Shown here one piece after another: positions 1 to 11,506 of a stretch of DNA of 64,000 nt. Position 1 is the first letter of the stretch. Every line of letters begins with the position of its first letter. The notes below the pieces were generated by a model. It saw only the letters and a list, made by a program, of their open reading frames with translations, was not told the DNA's origin and did no database searches. The position numbers and the translations under genes were made by a program. Source of the stretch: Verrucomicrobiota bacterium. Its GTDB lineage: Bacteria > Verrucomicrobiota > Verrucomicrobiia > Limisphaerales > J093. The stretch lies in assembly GCA_040766265.1 (NCBI GenBank), contig JAXGQW010000015.1:14711-78710 (forward strand), written 5' to 3'.

Positions 1-1442
1 GTTTGTTTCTTTCTCTTTGGTGTGGGGGTTGTCTGATTCTGCTGTTGGATCGATCCGGACGCGGCGCCGTCCGGGTCGCGCCAGACGATCTGTCCGGCGA
101 CGATTGTGGCGAGCGCCTTGCCCTTCATCGGCCAGCCGTAGAACGGGCTGTTGCAGGATTTGCTGGCCGTGTCTTCGCGGCGGAACTCCCACTCGACATC
201 CGGATCGAAGACGGTGACGTCGCCGTCGCTGCCCGGTTTGAGCGACGCTTTACCGGTCAGTTTCAACAATCGGGCCGGGCCGGTTGTGAATCGCGCGATG
301 AGGTCGCTCAGGGTGAGGCGTTTGGCGTGGTAAAGCTGCATCAGGGCCAGCGCCAGCTCGGTCTCGAGGCCAGTGATGCCGAAGGGGGCGTAGTCGAACT
401 CGACGTCCTTTTCGTAGTTGCAGTGCGGCGCATGGTCACTCGAGATCACCTCGATGGTGCCGTCGGCCAGCGCTTCGAGCAGCGCCTCGCGGTCCGCCGC
501 CGAGCGGACTGGCGGGTTCATTTTGACGTGTGTGTCGTAGGCCGGCCAGAAGGGGAGGGCGGTCGAGGACTTGCCCGAGACGAGCACGGCCTGGCCGTCC
601 TTGCGCCAGAACTCCTCGCTCCCGGCGAGGGCCGCGTCCGTGAGCGTGAAGTGGTGCGGACACGCCTCGCCGGAGACGGGCAGGCCCTGTTCCCTGGCCT
701 TGCGCAGGAGGCGGACGCTGCCGGCGCTGCTGATGTGCTGGCAATGGACGCGCGCGCCCGTGCGTTCGGCCAGCAGGATATTGCGGGCCACGATCAACTC
801 CTCTCCGGCGGCCGGCCAGCCGCGCAGGCCGAGCATGGCGCTGTAATAGCCTTCGTGGGCGACGGCGTCGGTGACGATCGAGTAGTCCTGGCAATGGTCC
901 ATCACCAGCAGGTCGAACATGGTCGAGTATTCGAGGGCGCGGCGCATCAATTCGTTGTTCTGAATGCAGTGTCCGTCATCGGTGACGGCGACCACCCCGG
1001 CACGTTTGAGCGAGCCCATCGGGCCCAGTTCCTCGCCGGCCAGCCCTTTGCTGATGGCGCCGGCCACATACACGTTGACACGGCCTTCGCTGGCGACGCG
1101 TTCATGGACCAGGGCGACTGTGCTGGGGCTATCGATGGGCGGCACCGTGTTGGGCATGCAGACCACCGACGCGAATCCGCCCTTGGCCGCGGCGGCCGTG
1201 CCGGTGGCGATGGTCTCCTTGCTGCTCTGCCCCGGCTCGCGCAGATGCACATGCAGATCGATGAGCCCGGGGCAGACGATTCTGCCGGTGGCGTCGAAGC
1301 GCTCGGCGCCGGGCGGCGCCTGGGCGGCGGCATCCGCGCCAAGAGCTGCCACTTCGCCGTCCCGGATCAGAATGTCGGTGACTGCGTCCAGGCCCTGGCT
1401 GGGATCGATCACGCGACCTTGAAGCAGGAGCAGCGAGTTCAT
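1..1442 (-). CDS. pyrC: dihydroorotase (class I), 3' end outside the window
   Basis: Not in the ORF track because no stop is reached before position 1. My reverse-complement translation from ATG 1442-1440 gives MNSLLLLQGRVIDPSQGLDAVTDILIRDGEVAALG...GRIVCPGLIDLHVHLREPGQSSKETIATGTAAAAKGGFASVVCMPNT...HCQHISS...EVISSDHAPH. DLHVHLREPG and SDHAPH are the metal-ligand motifs of dihydroorotase. The 503-aa + ORF 3..1514 is its antisense shadow. Confidence 0.9.
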   Translation of the reverse strand, partial: MNSLLLLQGRVIDPSQGLDAVTDILIRDGEVAALGADAAAQAPPGAERFDATGRIVCPGLIDLHVHLREPGQSSKETIATGTAAAAKGGFASVVCMPNTVPPIDSPSTVALVHERVASEGRVNVYVAGAISKGLAGEELGPMGSLKRAGVVAVTDDGHCIQNNELMRRALEYSTMFDLLVMDHCQDYSIVTDAVAHEGYYSAMLGLRGWPAAGEELIVARNILLAERTGARVHCQHISSAGSVRLLRKAREQGLPVSGEACPHHFTLTDAALAGSEEFWRKDGQAVLVSGKSSTALPFWPAYDTHVKMNPPVRSAADREALLEALADGTIEVISSDHAPHCNYEKDVEFDYAPFGITGLETELALALMQLYHAKRLTLSDLIARFTTGPARLLKLTGKASLKPGSDGDVTVFDPDVEWEFRREDTASKSCNSPFYGWPMKGKALATIVAGQIVWRDPDGAASGSIQQQNQTTPTPKRKKQ

Positions 1443-1504
1443 CGGGCGGAGCTTATACGCTCCCGAATTGACAACGCAAGCGCGGCCGGTATGCTCGGGC
1501 TGTT

Positions 1505-1578
<74 letters not shown>

Positions 1579-1586
1579 ATCCTCGC

Positions 1587-2372
1587 ATGAAACCTGAGAC
1601 CGTCCTCATCACCGGCGCGTCGTCGGGAATTGGCCTCGAACTCGCCCGATGTTTCGCCGCCGAGAGGAGCCGGCTCGTGCTGGTGGCGCGCCGAGGTGAG
1701 GCCCTCGAATCCCTGGCCGCCCAGTTGCGTCAGGCCACCGGCATCGAGGCCGTGGTCCTCGTCGCCGACCTGGCGCGTCCCGAGGCGGCCGCGCGGGTCT
1801 TCAGCCAGATCGAGCGCGACGGGCTCGAAGTGGACGTACTCGTCAACAACGCCGGGTTCGGCGCGCAAGGTCTCTTTGCCCAACTGCCCCTCGATCGGCA
1901 GCTCGAGATGGTCCAGCTCAACGTCACGACCCTGACCCACCTGACCCGGCTCTTCCTGCCCGGCATGATCGCGCGGCAGCGCGGCGGGATTCTCAATGTC
2001 GCCTCGACCGCGGCCTTCCAGCCCGGCCCGCACATGGCCGTGTACTACGCGTCCAAGGCCTTCGTCCTCTCGTTCAGCGAAGCGCTGTCGGAGGAATTGT
2101 CCGGAACGGGAGTGACCGTCACGGCGCTTTGTCCGGGGCCGACCGCGACCGGGTTTGGCGAGGCGGCACGAATGCGAAGAACGCCCCTGTTCGGGTTGCT
2201 TACGATGTCGGCATCGAGCGTGGCGAAGGCCGGGCACCGCGGGTTTCGGCGCAATCGGGCTTTGGTGATTCCCGGGGTGCGGAACCGGCTGTTGACTTTT
2301 TCCGTGCGGCTCGCGCCGCGCTGGTTGTCACGCAGGATTGTTGGCGCGATGAACAAGCCGAGCGAGACGTGA
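1587..2372 (+). CDS. short-chain dehydrogenase/reductase (SDR) family oxidoreductase
   Basis: MKPETVLITGASSGIGLELA (TGxxxGIG cofactor motif), NNAG, and catalytic YYASK. The track start at GTG 1551 lies inside the tRNA T-arm, so the in-frame ATG at 1587 is preferred. Confidence 0.9.
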   Translation: MKPETVLITGASSGIGLELARCFAAERSRLVLVARRGEALESLAAQLRQATGIEAVVLVADLARPEAAARVFSQIERDGLEVDVLVNNAGFGAQGLFAQLPLDRQLEMVQLNVTTLTHLTRLFLPGMIARQRGGILNVASTAAFQPGPHMAVYYASKAFVLSFSEALSEELSGTGVTVTALCPGPTATGFGEAARMRRTPLFGLLTMSASSVAKAGHRGFRRNRALVIPGVRNRLLTFSVRLAPRWLSRRIVGAMNKPSET

Positions 2373-2490
2373 GGTCATGCACTTTCGTGGCGAGCCAATT
2401 GGCGGCAAGTGAATGACAATTTCGGCAAAGCGCGTTCGGGCCGGCGCGCTAAGCTCGCGGCTGTTGCGTCTGGGACCCGGATGACGGTTC

Positions 2491-2515
2491 TGTCCGTGTT
2501 GTCGAACCACGGACA
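2491..2515. promoter_or_regulatory. 8-bp inverted repeat TGTCCGTG-N9-CACGGACA just upstream of hoxE
   Basis: Perfect inverted repeat read directly, ending 26 nt before the hoxE ATG at 2541. It could be an operator or a 5'-UTR hairpin. No known consensus recognised. Confidence 0.25.
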
Positions 2516-2540
2516 CGTCCCGCACGCGGCGTTTTCTCTT

Positions 2541-3074
2541 ATGGAAACAACTGTGACGGCGCGGAGTGAAGCGCCCCCCCGCAAGCCGCTCGAACACCCG
2601 AGCGGGGACAAACGTTTCAAGATGCTGGAGGTGTTCATCAAGCGCCTGCAGCACCGGCAGGACACGTTGATTGAAGTGCTGCACAAGGCGCAGGAGCTGT
2701 TCGGTTTTCTCGATAACGACCTGTTGATCTATGTGGCGCAGCAACTGCGCCTGCCGCCCAGCCGCGTGTTTGGCGTGGCGACGTTTTATCACTACTTCAC
2801 CCTCAAGCCGAAGGGCGCGCACACCTGTGTGGTCTGCATGGGAACGGCCTGCTATGTGAAAGGGGCCGATCGGGTCCTGGCGGCGATCGAGCAACATGCC
2901 GGGATCAAGGCTGGCGAGACGACATCCGACAACCAGTTGTCGCTGCTGACGGCGCGCTGCATCGGGGCGTGCGGGATCGCCCCGGCCGTGGTGTACGATG
3001 GCGCGGTGACGGCGCGGCAGAGCCCGGAAGACGCGCTTCAACGCGTGAAAGGATGGACCAATGGATCTCGCTGA
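2541..3074 (+). CDS. hoxE: bidirectional [NiFe] hydrogenase diaphorase subunit HoxE (NuoE-like 2Fe-2S)
   Basis: NuoE-family pattern ...[31 protein letters not shown]...[14 protein letters not shown] with four Cys. Start placed at ATG 2541 (METTVTAR); the track used upstream GTG 2409. Overlaps hoxF by 14 nt. Confidence 0.85.
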   Translation: METTVTARSEAPPRKPLEHPSGDKRFKMLEVFIKRLQHRQDTLIEVLHKAQELFGFLDNDLLIYVAQQLRLPPSRVFGVATFYHYFTLKPKGAHTCVVCMGTACYVKGADRVLAAIEQHAGIKAGETTSDNQLSLLTARCIGACGIAPAVVYDGAVTARQSPEDALQRVKGWTNGSR

Positions 3075-4710
3075 TCTGCTGGAAATCAAGGAGAAGGAAC
3101 TGCGGACGCGCAAGCCGATCCGGCTGCGGTGCTGTCTGGCGGCGGGCTGCATGTCGTCCAATGGCCAGGCGGTCAAAGAGAGTCTCGACAAAGCGGTGCA
3201 GGAGGCGGGGTTGGCGGACGAGGTGGAGGTGCGGGGGGTTGGCTGCATGCGATTGTGTTGCGAGGGGCCGCTGGTGGCAGTGGATCCGGCCGGCATCCTC
3301 TATCAGAAGGTCGCCCCGGAAGATTCGGCGTCGATCGTCGCCGCCCTGAAAGGGGGCGAGACCCAAGTCAAGCGGGGCGATCTGAACCATCCGTTTTTCA
3401 CCAAGCAGATGTCGATCGTGCTCGAGAACAGCGGTGAAATCGATCCCGAGAGGATCGAATCGTACATTGCCGCCGACGGCTACCAGGCGCTCAACGACGC
3501 TCTGGTGGAGATGGAGCCGAAAGAGGTGATCGACGCGATCCTGAAGAGCGGGTTGCGCGGGCGAGGCGGGGCGGGCTACCCCACGGGACTGAAGTGGGCC
3601 ACCGTGGCCAAGATGCAGAGCCCCAAGAAGTATGTGATCTGCAATGCGGACGAGGGCGATCCGGGAGCGTTCATGGATCGAAGCGTCCTCGAAAGCGATC
3701 CCCACCGCCTGCTCGAAGGCATGGCCATCGCCGCCTATGCCGTCGGCGCCGACCAGGGTTTCATCTATGTCCGGGCCGAGTATCCGCTGGCCATCAGCCG
3801 GCTGCAGACGGCCATCAAACAGGCCAAACAGCATGGGTTGCTGGGCAGTGGCGTGCTCGAAGCCGCGTTCACATTCAACGTCGAAATCCGGATTGGCGCC
3901 GGGGCTTTCGTCTGCGGCGAGGAGACAGCCCTGATGGCGTCGATCGAGGGCGAGCGGGGCACACCCCGGCCCCGTCCGCCGTTCCCGGCGGAGCGCGGCT
4001 TGTATGCCAGTCCGACGCTGATCAACAACGTCGAGACATTCGCCAACGTGCCGTCGATCGTCCGGAAAGGGGCGGACTGGTTTGCGGGCATCGGGACTGA
4101 AAAGAGCAAAGGCACCAAGGTGTTTGCTCTGGCGGGCAAGATCACCAACACCGGTCTGATCGAGGTGCCCATGGGCACGTCGCTGCGCACGATTGTCGAG
4201 GAGATGGGGGCGGGCGCGCCCGACGGCAATCAGGTGAAGGCGGTCCAGACGGGCGGCCCATCCGGCGGCTGTGTGCCGGCGTCCGAGTTGGACACGCCGG
4301 TGGATTACGAGTCGCTGCAGCAACTGGGATCGATCATGGGATCGGGAGGCATGATCGTCATGGATCAGACCACGAACATGGTCGACGTGGCGCGCTTCTT
4401 CATGGACTTCTGCATGGACGAATCGTGCGGCAAGTGCATCCCGTGCCGGGCCGGCACGGTGCAGTTGCACGCTCTCCTGGACCGCATTCTGCGCCGTCAG
4501 GCCACGGCCCGCGACCTGGGACTGCTCGAAGAACTCTGCGACCTGGTGAAGCACACAAGCCTGTGCGGCCTGGGCCAGACGGCGCCCAACCCGGTGCTGA
4601 GCACGCTGCGCTTTTTCAGGAACGAGTATCTCGAATTACTGCAACCCGAGATCGGCGCGCCGGCCGGTCCCGGCAACGCTCCCAAGCCCGACGCGAATCC
4701 GGCGCGTTGA
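3061..4710 (+). CDS. hoxF: hydrogenase diaphorase subunit HoxF (NuoF-like, NAD(P)H/FMN-binding)
   Basis: [43 protein letters not shown] and [12 protein letters not shown] are NuoF/HoxF signatures. Has an N-terminal thioredoxin-like Cys cluster. Confidence 0.93.
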   Translation: MDLADLLEIKEKELRTRKPIRLRCCLAAGCMSSNGQAVKESLDKAVQEAGLADEVEVRGVGCMRLCCEGPLVAVDPAGILYQKVAPEDSASIVAALKGGETQVKRGDLNHPFFTKQMSIVLENSGEIDPERIESYIAADGYQALNDALVEMEPKEVIDAILKSGLRGRGGAGYPTGLKWATVAKMQSPKKYVICNADEGDPGAFMDRSVLESDPHRLLEGMAIAAYAVGADQGFIYVRAEYPLAISRLQTAIKQAKQHGLLGSGVLEAAFTFNVEIRIGAGAFVCGEETALMASIEGERGTPRPRPPFPAERGLYASPTLINNVETFANVPSIVRKGADWFAGIGTEKSKGTKVFALAGKITNTGLIEVPMGTSLRTIVEEMGAGAPDGNQVKAVQTGGPSGGCVPASELDTPVDYESLQQLGSIMGSGGMIVMDQTTNMVDVARFFMDFCMDESCGKCIPCRAGTVQLHALLDRILRRQATARDLGLLEELCDLVKHTSLCGLGQTAPNPVLSTLRFFRNEYLELLQPEIGAPAGPGNAPKPDANPAR

Positions 4711-4766
4711 ATCCCGAAGAGGCGCGCCGTGTGGAACGATTAGGTTGAGCAACGGGAAATCGCATT

Positions 4767-5483
4767 ATGCCTGTCAGAACACTCACGATTGATGGCAAAC
4801 CGGTCAGCGCGGTCGAGGGCCAGACCGTGCTGGACGCGGCGCAAGACGCGGGGATTTCCATCCCGACGCTCTGTCACCTGGATGGGGTGTCGGATGTCGG
4901 CGCCTGCCGGCTTTGTTTGGTCGAGGTCACCGGCGTGTCGCGGCTTCTGCCCGCCTGCGTCACCAAGGTGACCGATGGGATGGAGGTGCGGACGGAGAGC
5001 GAGCGGCTGAAGCGGTATCGCCGGATGATTCTCGAACTGCTCTTTGCCGAACGCAATCACGTCTGCGCCGTCTGCGTGTCCAACGGGCGCTGCGAACTGC
5101 AGAACCTGGCGGTCGCGCAGGGGATGGACCATGTGCGATTCGCCTACCGGTTTCCGCCGTACGAGGTCGACATCACGCATCGGATGTTCGGCATGGATCA
5201 CAACCGGTGCGTGCTTTGCAGCCGGTGTGTCCGGGTGTGCTGGTTCATCGAGGGCGCCGCGACCAAGAACGTGGCTGGCCGCGGCGCGGGCGCGCGCATT
5301 ATCACCGATCTGAGTCAACCGTGGGGGGAATCGGAGACGTGCACCTCCTGCGGCAAGTGCGTTCAGGCGTGTCCCACGGGGGCCAAATTTCACAAAGGTT
5401 CGACGGTGGCGGAGATGGAACGGGATCGCTCGCGCCTTGAGTTCATCGTCACCGCACGGGAGAAGAAGCAATGGATCGTCTGA
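4767..5483 (+). CDS. hoxU: hydrogenase diaphorase subunit HoxU (NuoG N-terminal-like Fe-S protein)
   Basis: [37 protein letters not shown]...CRLCLVEV (2Fe-2S ferredoxin-type) followed by multiple CxxCxxC 4Fe-4S motifs. Confidence 0.9.
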   Translation: MPVRTLTIDGKPVSAVEGQTVLDAAQDAGISIPTLCHLDGVSDVGACRLCLVEVTGVSRLLPACVTKVTDGMEVRTESERLKRYRRMILELLFAERNHVCAVCVSNGRCELQNLAVAQGMDHVRFAYRFPPYEVDITHRMFGMDHNRCVLCSRCVRVCWFIEGAATKNVAGRGAGARIITDLSQPWGESETCTSCGKCVQACPTGAKFHKGSTVAEMERDRSRLEFIVTAREKKQWIV

Positions 5484-6013
5484 CTTTCGCGACTGTCTGG
5501 CTGGGCGGCTGTTCCGGCTGCCACATGTCGTTTCTGGACCTCGACGAATGGCTGGTCGACCTCGCCGACATGGTCGAGGTTGTCTACAGCCCGATCGTCG
5601 ATCGCAAAGAGTATCCGGAGAACGTGGCGGTTTGCCTCATCGAAGGAGCCGTGGCGAACGAGGACAACCTCGAACAGGTGAAGCTGATCCGCGCCCGGAC
5701 CCGCCTGCTTGTCTCGTTCGGGGATTGTGCCGTCACGGGGAACGTGACGGCCATGCGCAATCCGCTCCGCACGGCGGAGCCGGTGTTGCAGCGGGCCTAT
5801 CTCGACACTGCGAACCTGCGTCCGCGCATTCCCCAGGCCCGGGGCATTGTGCCGCCGCTGCTCGACCAGGTGCTCCCGGTGCACGAGGTGGTGCCCGTGG
5901 ACTTCTTCCTGCCGGGGTGTCCGCCTCCGGCGGACCGCATTCGCACCCTGCTCCGGGACGTCATCGCCGGCAAGGGATCCCTTTTGTCGGGCGAGAACAT
6001 CCGCTTCGGCTGA
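5471..6013 (+). CDS. hoxY: [NiFe] hydrogenase small subunit HoxY
   Basis: [26 protein letters not shown]... and FFLPGCPP are typical of group 3d small subunits. Overlaps hoxU by 13 nt. Confidence 0.9.
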   Translation: MDRLTFATVWLGGCSGCHMSFLDLDEWLVDLADMVEVVYSPIVDRKEYPENVAVCLIEGAVANEDNLEQVKLIRARTRLLVSFGDCAVTGNVTAMRNPLRTAEPVLQRAYLDTANLRPRIPQARGIVPPLLDQVLPVHEVVPVDFFLPGCPPPADRIRTLLRDVIAGKGSLLSGENIRFG

Positions 6014-6047
6014 TGGGGCGCACGCTTCACCGTCACGTTTTCCTCCT

Positions 6048-7469
<1,422 letters not shown>

Positions 7470-7474
7470 GAATC

Positions 7475-7612
7475 TTAGCGAGGCTTCGTCTCAGACCTCC
7501 GAGGCTTGTGAACGACTCGTGGCCGCTGGGTGGCAACCACGATCACCGGCACCCGACGCCTCGCTAAACGGCGCCGCTGCGCGGCGCAAAAACTTGACTC
7601 ATTCGGTACAGA
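7475..7612 (+). repeat. palindromic unit D (93 bp, TTAGCGAGGC...GCCTCGCTAA) plus 45-bp unit G (GC hairpin + AAAAACTTGACTCAT)
   Basis: About 85-90% identical by eye to 26426..26566. The D part (7475..7567) also occurs inverted at 45850..45942. The termini of D are 13/14-bp inverted repeats. Confidence 0.8.
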
Positions 7613-7755
7613 TTCTGGAAAGGAAGTCACTCTTGGCACCGGACCGCGGGAAGCCCTGTGCAACATTCGCGGCGGGGATGGCCCGTCGCGTTGCATGAGA
7701 AGGCGGTTTTCTGCCGTTCTTTTTCTACTCGAAATCCCGGCTGCGGCATTCCACC

Positions 7756-9171
7756 ATGCCGCTCATGACAACACGTTCGCTTCCTCCCGGTCTTTCCCGC
7801 CGCCAGTTCCTCACGATTGCCGCCGGCGCGCTCGCCGCGCCCACGATCATTCCCGCCAGCGCCCTGGGCGCCGATGGCGCTGTCGCGCCGTCCGAGCGCA
7901 TCACGCTGGGCGCCATCGGCTGGGGCATGCAGGGTCCCGGCAACACGGGCGCATTCATGAATCAGAAGGACTGCCAGGTTGTTGCCGCCTGCGATTTGGA
8001 CAAGAACCACCTGGCTTCGGCGGTCAACGCGATCAACCGGAAGTATGGCAATCAGGACTGCAAGGCCTACCACGATTATCGCGAACTGATGGCCCGAAAA
8101 GACATCGACACGGTCATGCTCGCCGTGCCCGACACGTGGCACGCGCTGACCGCGGTGGCCGCCGCCGAAAGCGGCAAGGACATTTACGGCGAGAAACCGC
8201 TGGCCCGGACCATTGCCGAGCAGCAGGCCATCGTGCGCGCGGTTCAGAAGCACGGGCGCATTTGGCAGACCGGGTCATGGCAACGGTCAGTCGAGAACTT
8301 CCACAAAGCGGTCGAGATCGTGCAGAACGGCCTGATCGGCAAGGTCACGCGCGTCGAAGTCGGGCTGCCCGCCGGGCATCATGACTTCGCCGGCACGGCC
8401 CCGGAACTGCTCAAGAAACTCGAAGGGGTTGCCGGCGCGCCGAGAAACCTCGCCCGACTGACTCCCGCCGTCCCGGGTTGGGACGCCGCGGTGTCGACGC
8501 CTCCGCCTGAACTCGACTACGAGACATGGCTCGGTCCCTCGCAGATGGAACCGTACGTCAAGACGCGCGTCCACATGAACTGGCGTTGGAACTACAACGT
8601 CGGAGGGGGACAATTGCTCGATTGGATCGGACATCACTGTGATATCGCGCATTGGGGGTTGGGTTTCGACAACACCGGCCCGGTCGAGGTTGAAGGGCAG
8701 GGGGAGTTTCCGGCCAAGGACGCCGTCTGGAACACCTGCACCAGGTACCGCATCACATGCACCTATGCCGAGGGTGTGACCATGATCATTGCCGGCGGAC
8801 ATGGCGACATCCGCGGCGGCACGAAGTGGATCGGGACCGATGGTTGGGTCTGGGTCGATCGCGGCGGCTTCGACTGCTCGAACGAGGACCTCAAGGACAT
8901 CTCCCGGCTGCCGGAGAGCCTCCGCAAGGTCAAGGCCTATCACTCGCGCGACCACCAGCGGAATTTCCTCGACTGCGTCAAGTCCCGGAAGCCGACCATC
9001 ACGCCTGTCGAAGCCGCGCACCGCTCGGCCATTCCGGGTCATCTGGGCCTGATCACGATGCTTGTCGGACGCAAGGTCAAGTGGGATCCGAAGACCGAGG
9101 TCATCGTTGGAGACGCCGAGGCCACGAAGCTTCTCAGCCGCGAATATCGCCCGCCTTACAGGCTGGCGTGA
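7756..9171 (+). CDS. Gfo/Idh/MocA family oxidoreductase with Tat signal
   Basis: Twin-arginine signal LSRRQFLTIAAGALAAP. Rossmann N-terminus ITLGAIGWGMQG and the GEKP motif (DIYGEKPLA). Confidence 0.9.
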   Translation: MPLMTTRSLPPGLSRRQFLTIAAGALAAPTIIPASALGADGAVAPSERITLGAIGWGMQGPGNTGAFMNQKDCQVVAACDLDKNHLASAVNAINRKYGNQDCKAYHDYRELMARKDIDTVMLAVPDTWHALTAVAAAESGKDIYGEKPLARTIAEQQAIVRAVQKHGRIWQTGSWQRSVENFHKAVEIVQNGLIGKVTRVEVGLPAGHHDFAGTAPELLKKLEGVAGAPRNLARLTPAVPGWDAAVSTPPPELDYETWLGPSQMEPYVKTRVHMNWRWNYNVGGGQLLDWIGHHCDIAHWGLGFDNTGPVEVEGQGEFPAKDAVWNTCTRYRITCTYAEGVTMIIAGGHGDIRGGTKWIGTDGWVWVDRGGFDCSNEDLKDISRLPESLRKVKAYHSRDHQRNFLDCVKSRKPTITPVEAAHRSAIPGHLGLITMLVGRKVKWDPKTEVIVGDAEATKLLSREYRPPYRLA

Positions 9172-9191
9172 TCGCATAGGCCGGAAGACCG

Positions 9192-10130
9192 TCAGGCCAT
9201 CTTCTCGAAGACACGGCGGGCGTACTCGGCACTGCGCCGATGAGCCTCGACGGGATCGAGCGTCTTGGGCGTGCCGGCCTCGACGGCAATCTCGAGGACG
9301 ATGTGGGGTTTGACCTTCTTGCGGATGAGCGCCGCCGACAGCGCTTCGTAATCGATGTCGCCGGGGCCGAACGTTTCGGACCAGACGCCCTCTTGCGACT
9401 GGCGCAGGTGGACCTCGCTGATCCGATCGCCGTAGAGTTCGATCACGTCGAAGAGCGCGACCTGGGAGTTGCCGGCGCCGCGATACATCCAGTGGGCGTC
9501 GAGGCAGAGCGTGACATGGCGCGGATCGGTTCCGGCCAGCATGTGATGGAACTCGCGCGCGGCCATGCGCAGCTCGATGTCGTGGTAATGATAGGCGAGC
9601 GTGATTTTGAGTGCGTCGAGTTCCTTGCCCAATCGGTTCATGGCCGCGGCCTGGGTGCGCAGTTGGTCATCGGTCTTGTTCTCGGGCCCCCCCCAGCGGA
9701 GCGGGTTGGGGTTGGTGACGATGATCCGGGTGCCGAACGGTTTCACGGCACGGGCCGTCGCCAGGATTTGCTCGATGCTGCGGTCCGCTTCGGCGGGCTC
9801 ATGCAGACTGCTGTTGACATAGACCGATCGCATCTCGAGCCCGTGCTTCTTGAGCAAGGGGAGCAGCGTCCTGAGGTCTTCGGTGCCCCCAACACCCGGT
9901 TCAAATCCATTGAGGCCGCTCGCCGCCACGTCCTTCAAACCCCCGTCCAGCGAGCCGGCAAAGTTGCGCCCCTCACGCTGGTAAAACACCTGCCAGGAAT
10001 AGGCGTTGGTGGCCAGGTGAAGCTTGTCCCCACGGGCCGCGCGGGCCGGCGACGGAAGGGCCAGCGCCGCTGCGCCAGCCAACGCGGTGTGTTGCAGAAA
10101 GGTCCGACGCGACAGCGATTGGGTTTGCAT
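9192..10130 (-). CDS. sugar phosphate isomerase/epimerase (xylose isomerase-like TIM barrel), Tat signal
   Basis: MQTQSLSRRTFLQHTALAGAAALALP, then TIM-barrel family pattern (LHLATNAYSW..., ITLAYHYHDIE, VHLRQS). ATG 10130 preferred over the track start 10217. Confidence 0.85.
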   Translation of the reverse strand: MQTQSLSRRTFLQHTALAGAAALALPSPARAARGDKLHLATNAYSWQVFYQREGRNFAGSLDGGLKDVAASGLNGFEPGVGGTEDLRTLLPLLKKHGLEMRSVYVNSSLHEPAEADRSIEQILATARAVKPFGTRIIVTNPNPLRWGGPENKTDDQLRTQAAAMNRLGKELDALKITLAYHYHDIELRMAAREFHHMLAGTDPRHVTLCLDAHWMYRGAGNSQVALFDVIELYGDRISEVHLRQSQEGVWSETFGPGDIDYEALSAALIRKKVKPHIVLEIAVEAGTPKTLDPVEAHRRSAEYARRVFEKMA

Positions 10131-10444
10131 GAGCCCATTCAAGCATGCCGAGGCTGACGCGGCAATCCTTGGCAAGACTTTCCGCAGACCCTTTCGCAGA
10201 CCCGCGATTTCCCTCAAGTAAACAGTTTGGGGCCCACGAAATGGGGCCGGCCGCGGCTCGATCCGAATGCGAAGATTCAGCCGTGCGGGTCAGGCCGTCC
10301 TGTGTGTCCAGGCCCTCGACTGCGGGAAGATCGCCCGACTGCAGGTGCAGGCCGGAACCGTTGTGCTTGACGAGGACGGTCAGGGGTTCGGCGAGAGAGA
10401 CTGGGTTTGAAAGGGCGGGTGTCTCGTGGCGGTCTGTGGGGGCC

Positions 10445-11506
10445 TCAATGTTGAGCAGGGGACGCCTCAGCGGGCGCTCCCGCAGACTGAGCGTACGGCG
10501 GCACGGTGATGCGCTGGCCGAGCACGATGCAGTTAAAGAGTGCGCGGCTGACCTGATAGCGCGTGAGGAACCGGTTACTTCCGGGGGCTTCCTCGTGAGT
10601 GACGACCACCTGTTGGTCCACGTCAAAGATGCGCACCATGAGGGTCTGGTGTTGCCAGACTGCCGGATTGGCCAGGTCGATGTCTGAGGCAAAATGGAAC
10701 AGTTTGTGGCCTGACTCCCAGAAGACCCAAGTGTCGTTCGCCACAGGCGAGCGCGGCGCTAAATTCACGATTTGCTCCCCCGCGGGCGCGTTGGTGGAGA
10801 GCAGGCCTTCCTTGGCCGCCTGTTCGCGGAGGGCCGCCCGCAGACGCTCGACCAGAGCGGCTTCCGGATAATCGCGCTGGTTTCGTGTGCGGAACAAGTA
10901 GTCCATGAGATCCGCCATCTGCACGGCGACGACGGTGGAGTGCTGGGAAGCCCGGACCGGCAGACGGCCCCGGGTGACCTGCGTGATTTTGAAGTTCTGG
11001 CTTTTGACCTCGGTGCCCAATTCCTCGATCGTGTAGTCGGCCTTCTTGACTCTGACTTGGAGGTTCAACTGCGGCAGGAGGATTTCGCCGAACACACTGC
11101 GGTCCCCGGCATCGAGCTGGGGCGCGAGGCGGCGCACCCAGAACACGAACTGCTTGGCGCTGACGATCCGTTCCACTTCGGATTCGTCCAGGTGCCAGCG
11201 GTAAAGGTAGCGGACGACCTCGTAAAGATAGGCGGGTTCCACCAGCGCTGGCGGGGTGTCGAGCGCACTCTGGCTTGAAAGGCTGGATCCAGTCCGGCAA
11301 GCCGACAGCAGTCCCACCCCCGCGAGAAGCAGCACCACGGCGGTCACTCGCCTGCAACCTGCCCAGGCGGACCGCCGAATTCCACGCGGGTCTGGCTCGC
11401 AAGGGACGCGGGAGCGCCGCGCGACCTCGCAGGGTCGGGCACTCCGAAGCCGGCTCAGGCCGGACGAAAAGCACAACAAGGAACAGCCGGATCGCCTCGG
11501 TCTCAT
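10445..11506 (-). CDS. hypothetical lipoprotein
   Basis: Long ORF with lipobox-like LLLAGVGLLSAC after an Arg-rich N-terminus. ATGA overlap with the upstream gene at 11503-11506. No family recognised. Confidence 0.6.
   Translation of the reverse strand: MRPRRSGCSLLCFSSGLSRLRSARPCEVARRSRVPCEPDPRGIRRSAWAGCRRVTAVVLLLAGVGLLSACRTGSSLSSQSALDTPPALVEPAYLYEVVRYLYRWHLDESEVERIVSAKQFVFWVRRLAPQLDAGDRSVFGEILLPQLNLQVRVKKADYTIEELGTEVKSQNFKITQVTRGRLPVRASQHSTVVAVQMADLMDYLFRTRNQRDYPEAALVERLRAALREQAAKEGLLSTNAPAGEQIVNLAPRSPVANDTWVFWESGHKLFHFASDIDLANPAVWQHQTLMVRIFDVDQQVVVTHEEAPGSNRFLTRYQVSRALFNCIVLGQRITVPPYAQSAGAPAEASPAQH

Noticed and set aside
7568-7590. GC hairpin GGCGCCGC-TGC-GCGGCGCC as the rho-independent terminator of the hox operon
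   Set aside because: It is followed by an A-run, not a T-run, on the + strand. On the minus strand the T-run precedes the stem. It is part of a repeated unit (also at 26521).
9973-10692. 239-aa minus ORF spanning the 10131-10444 intergenic region
   Set aside because: Overlaps two better-supported genes at both ends. There is no start codon near the only protein-like stretch and no motif.
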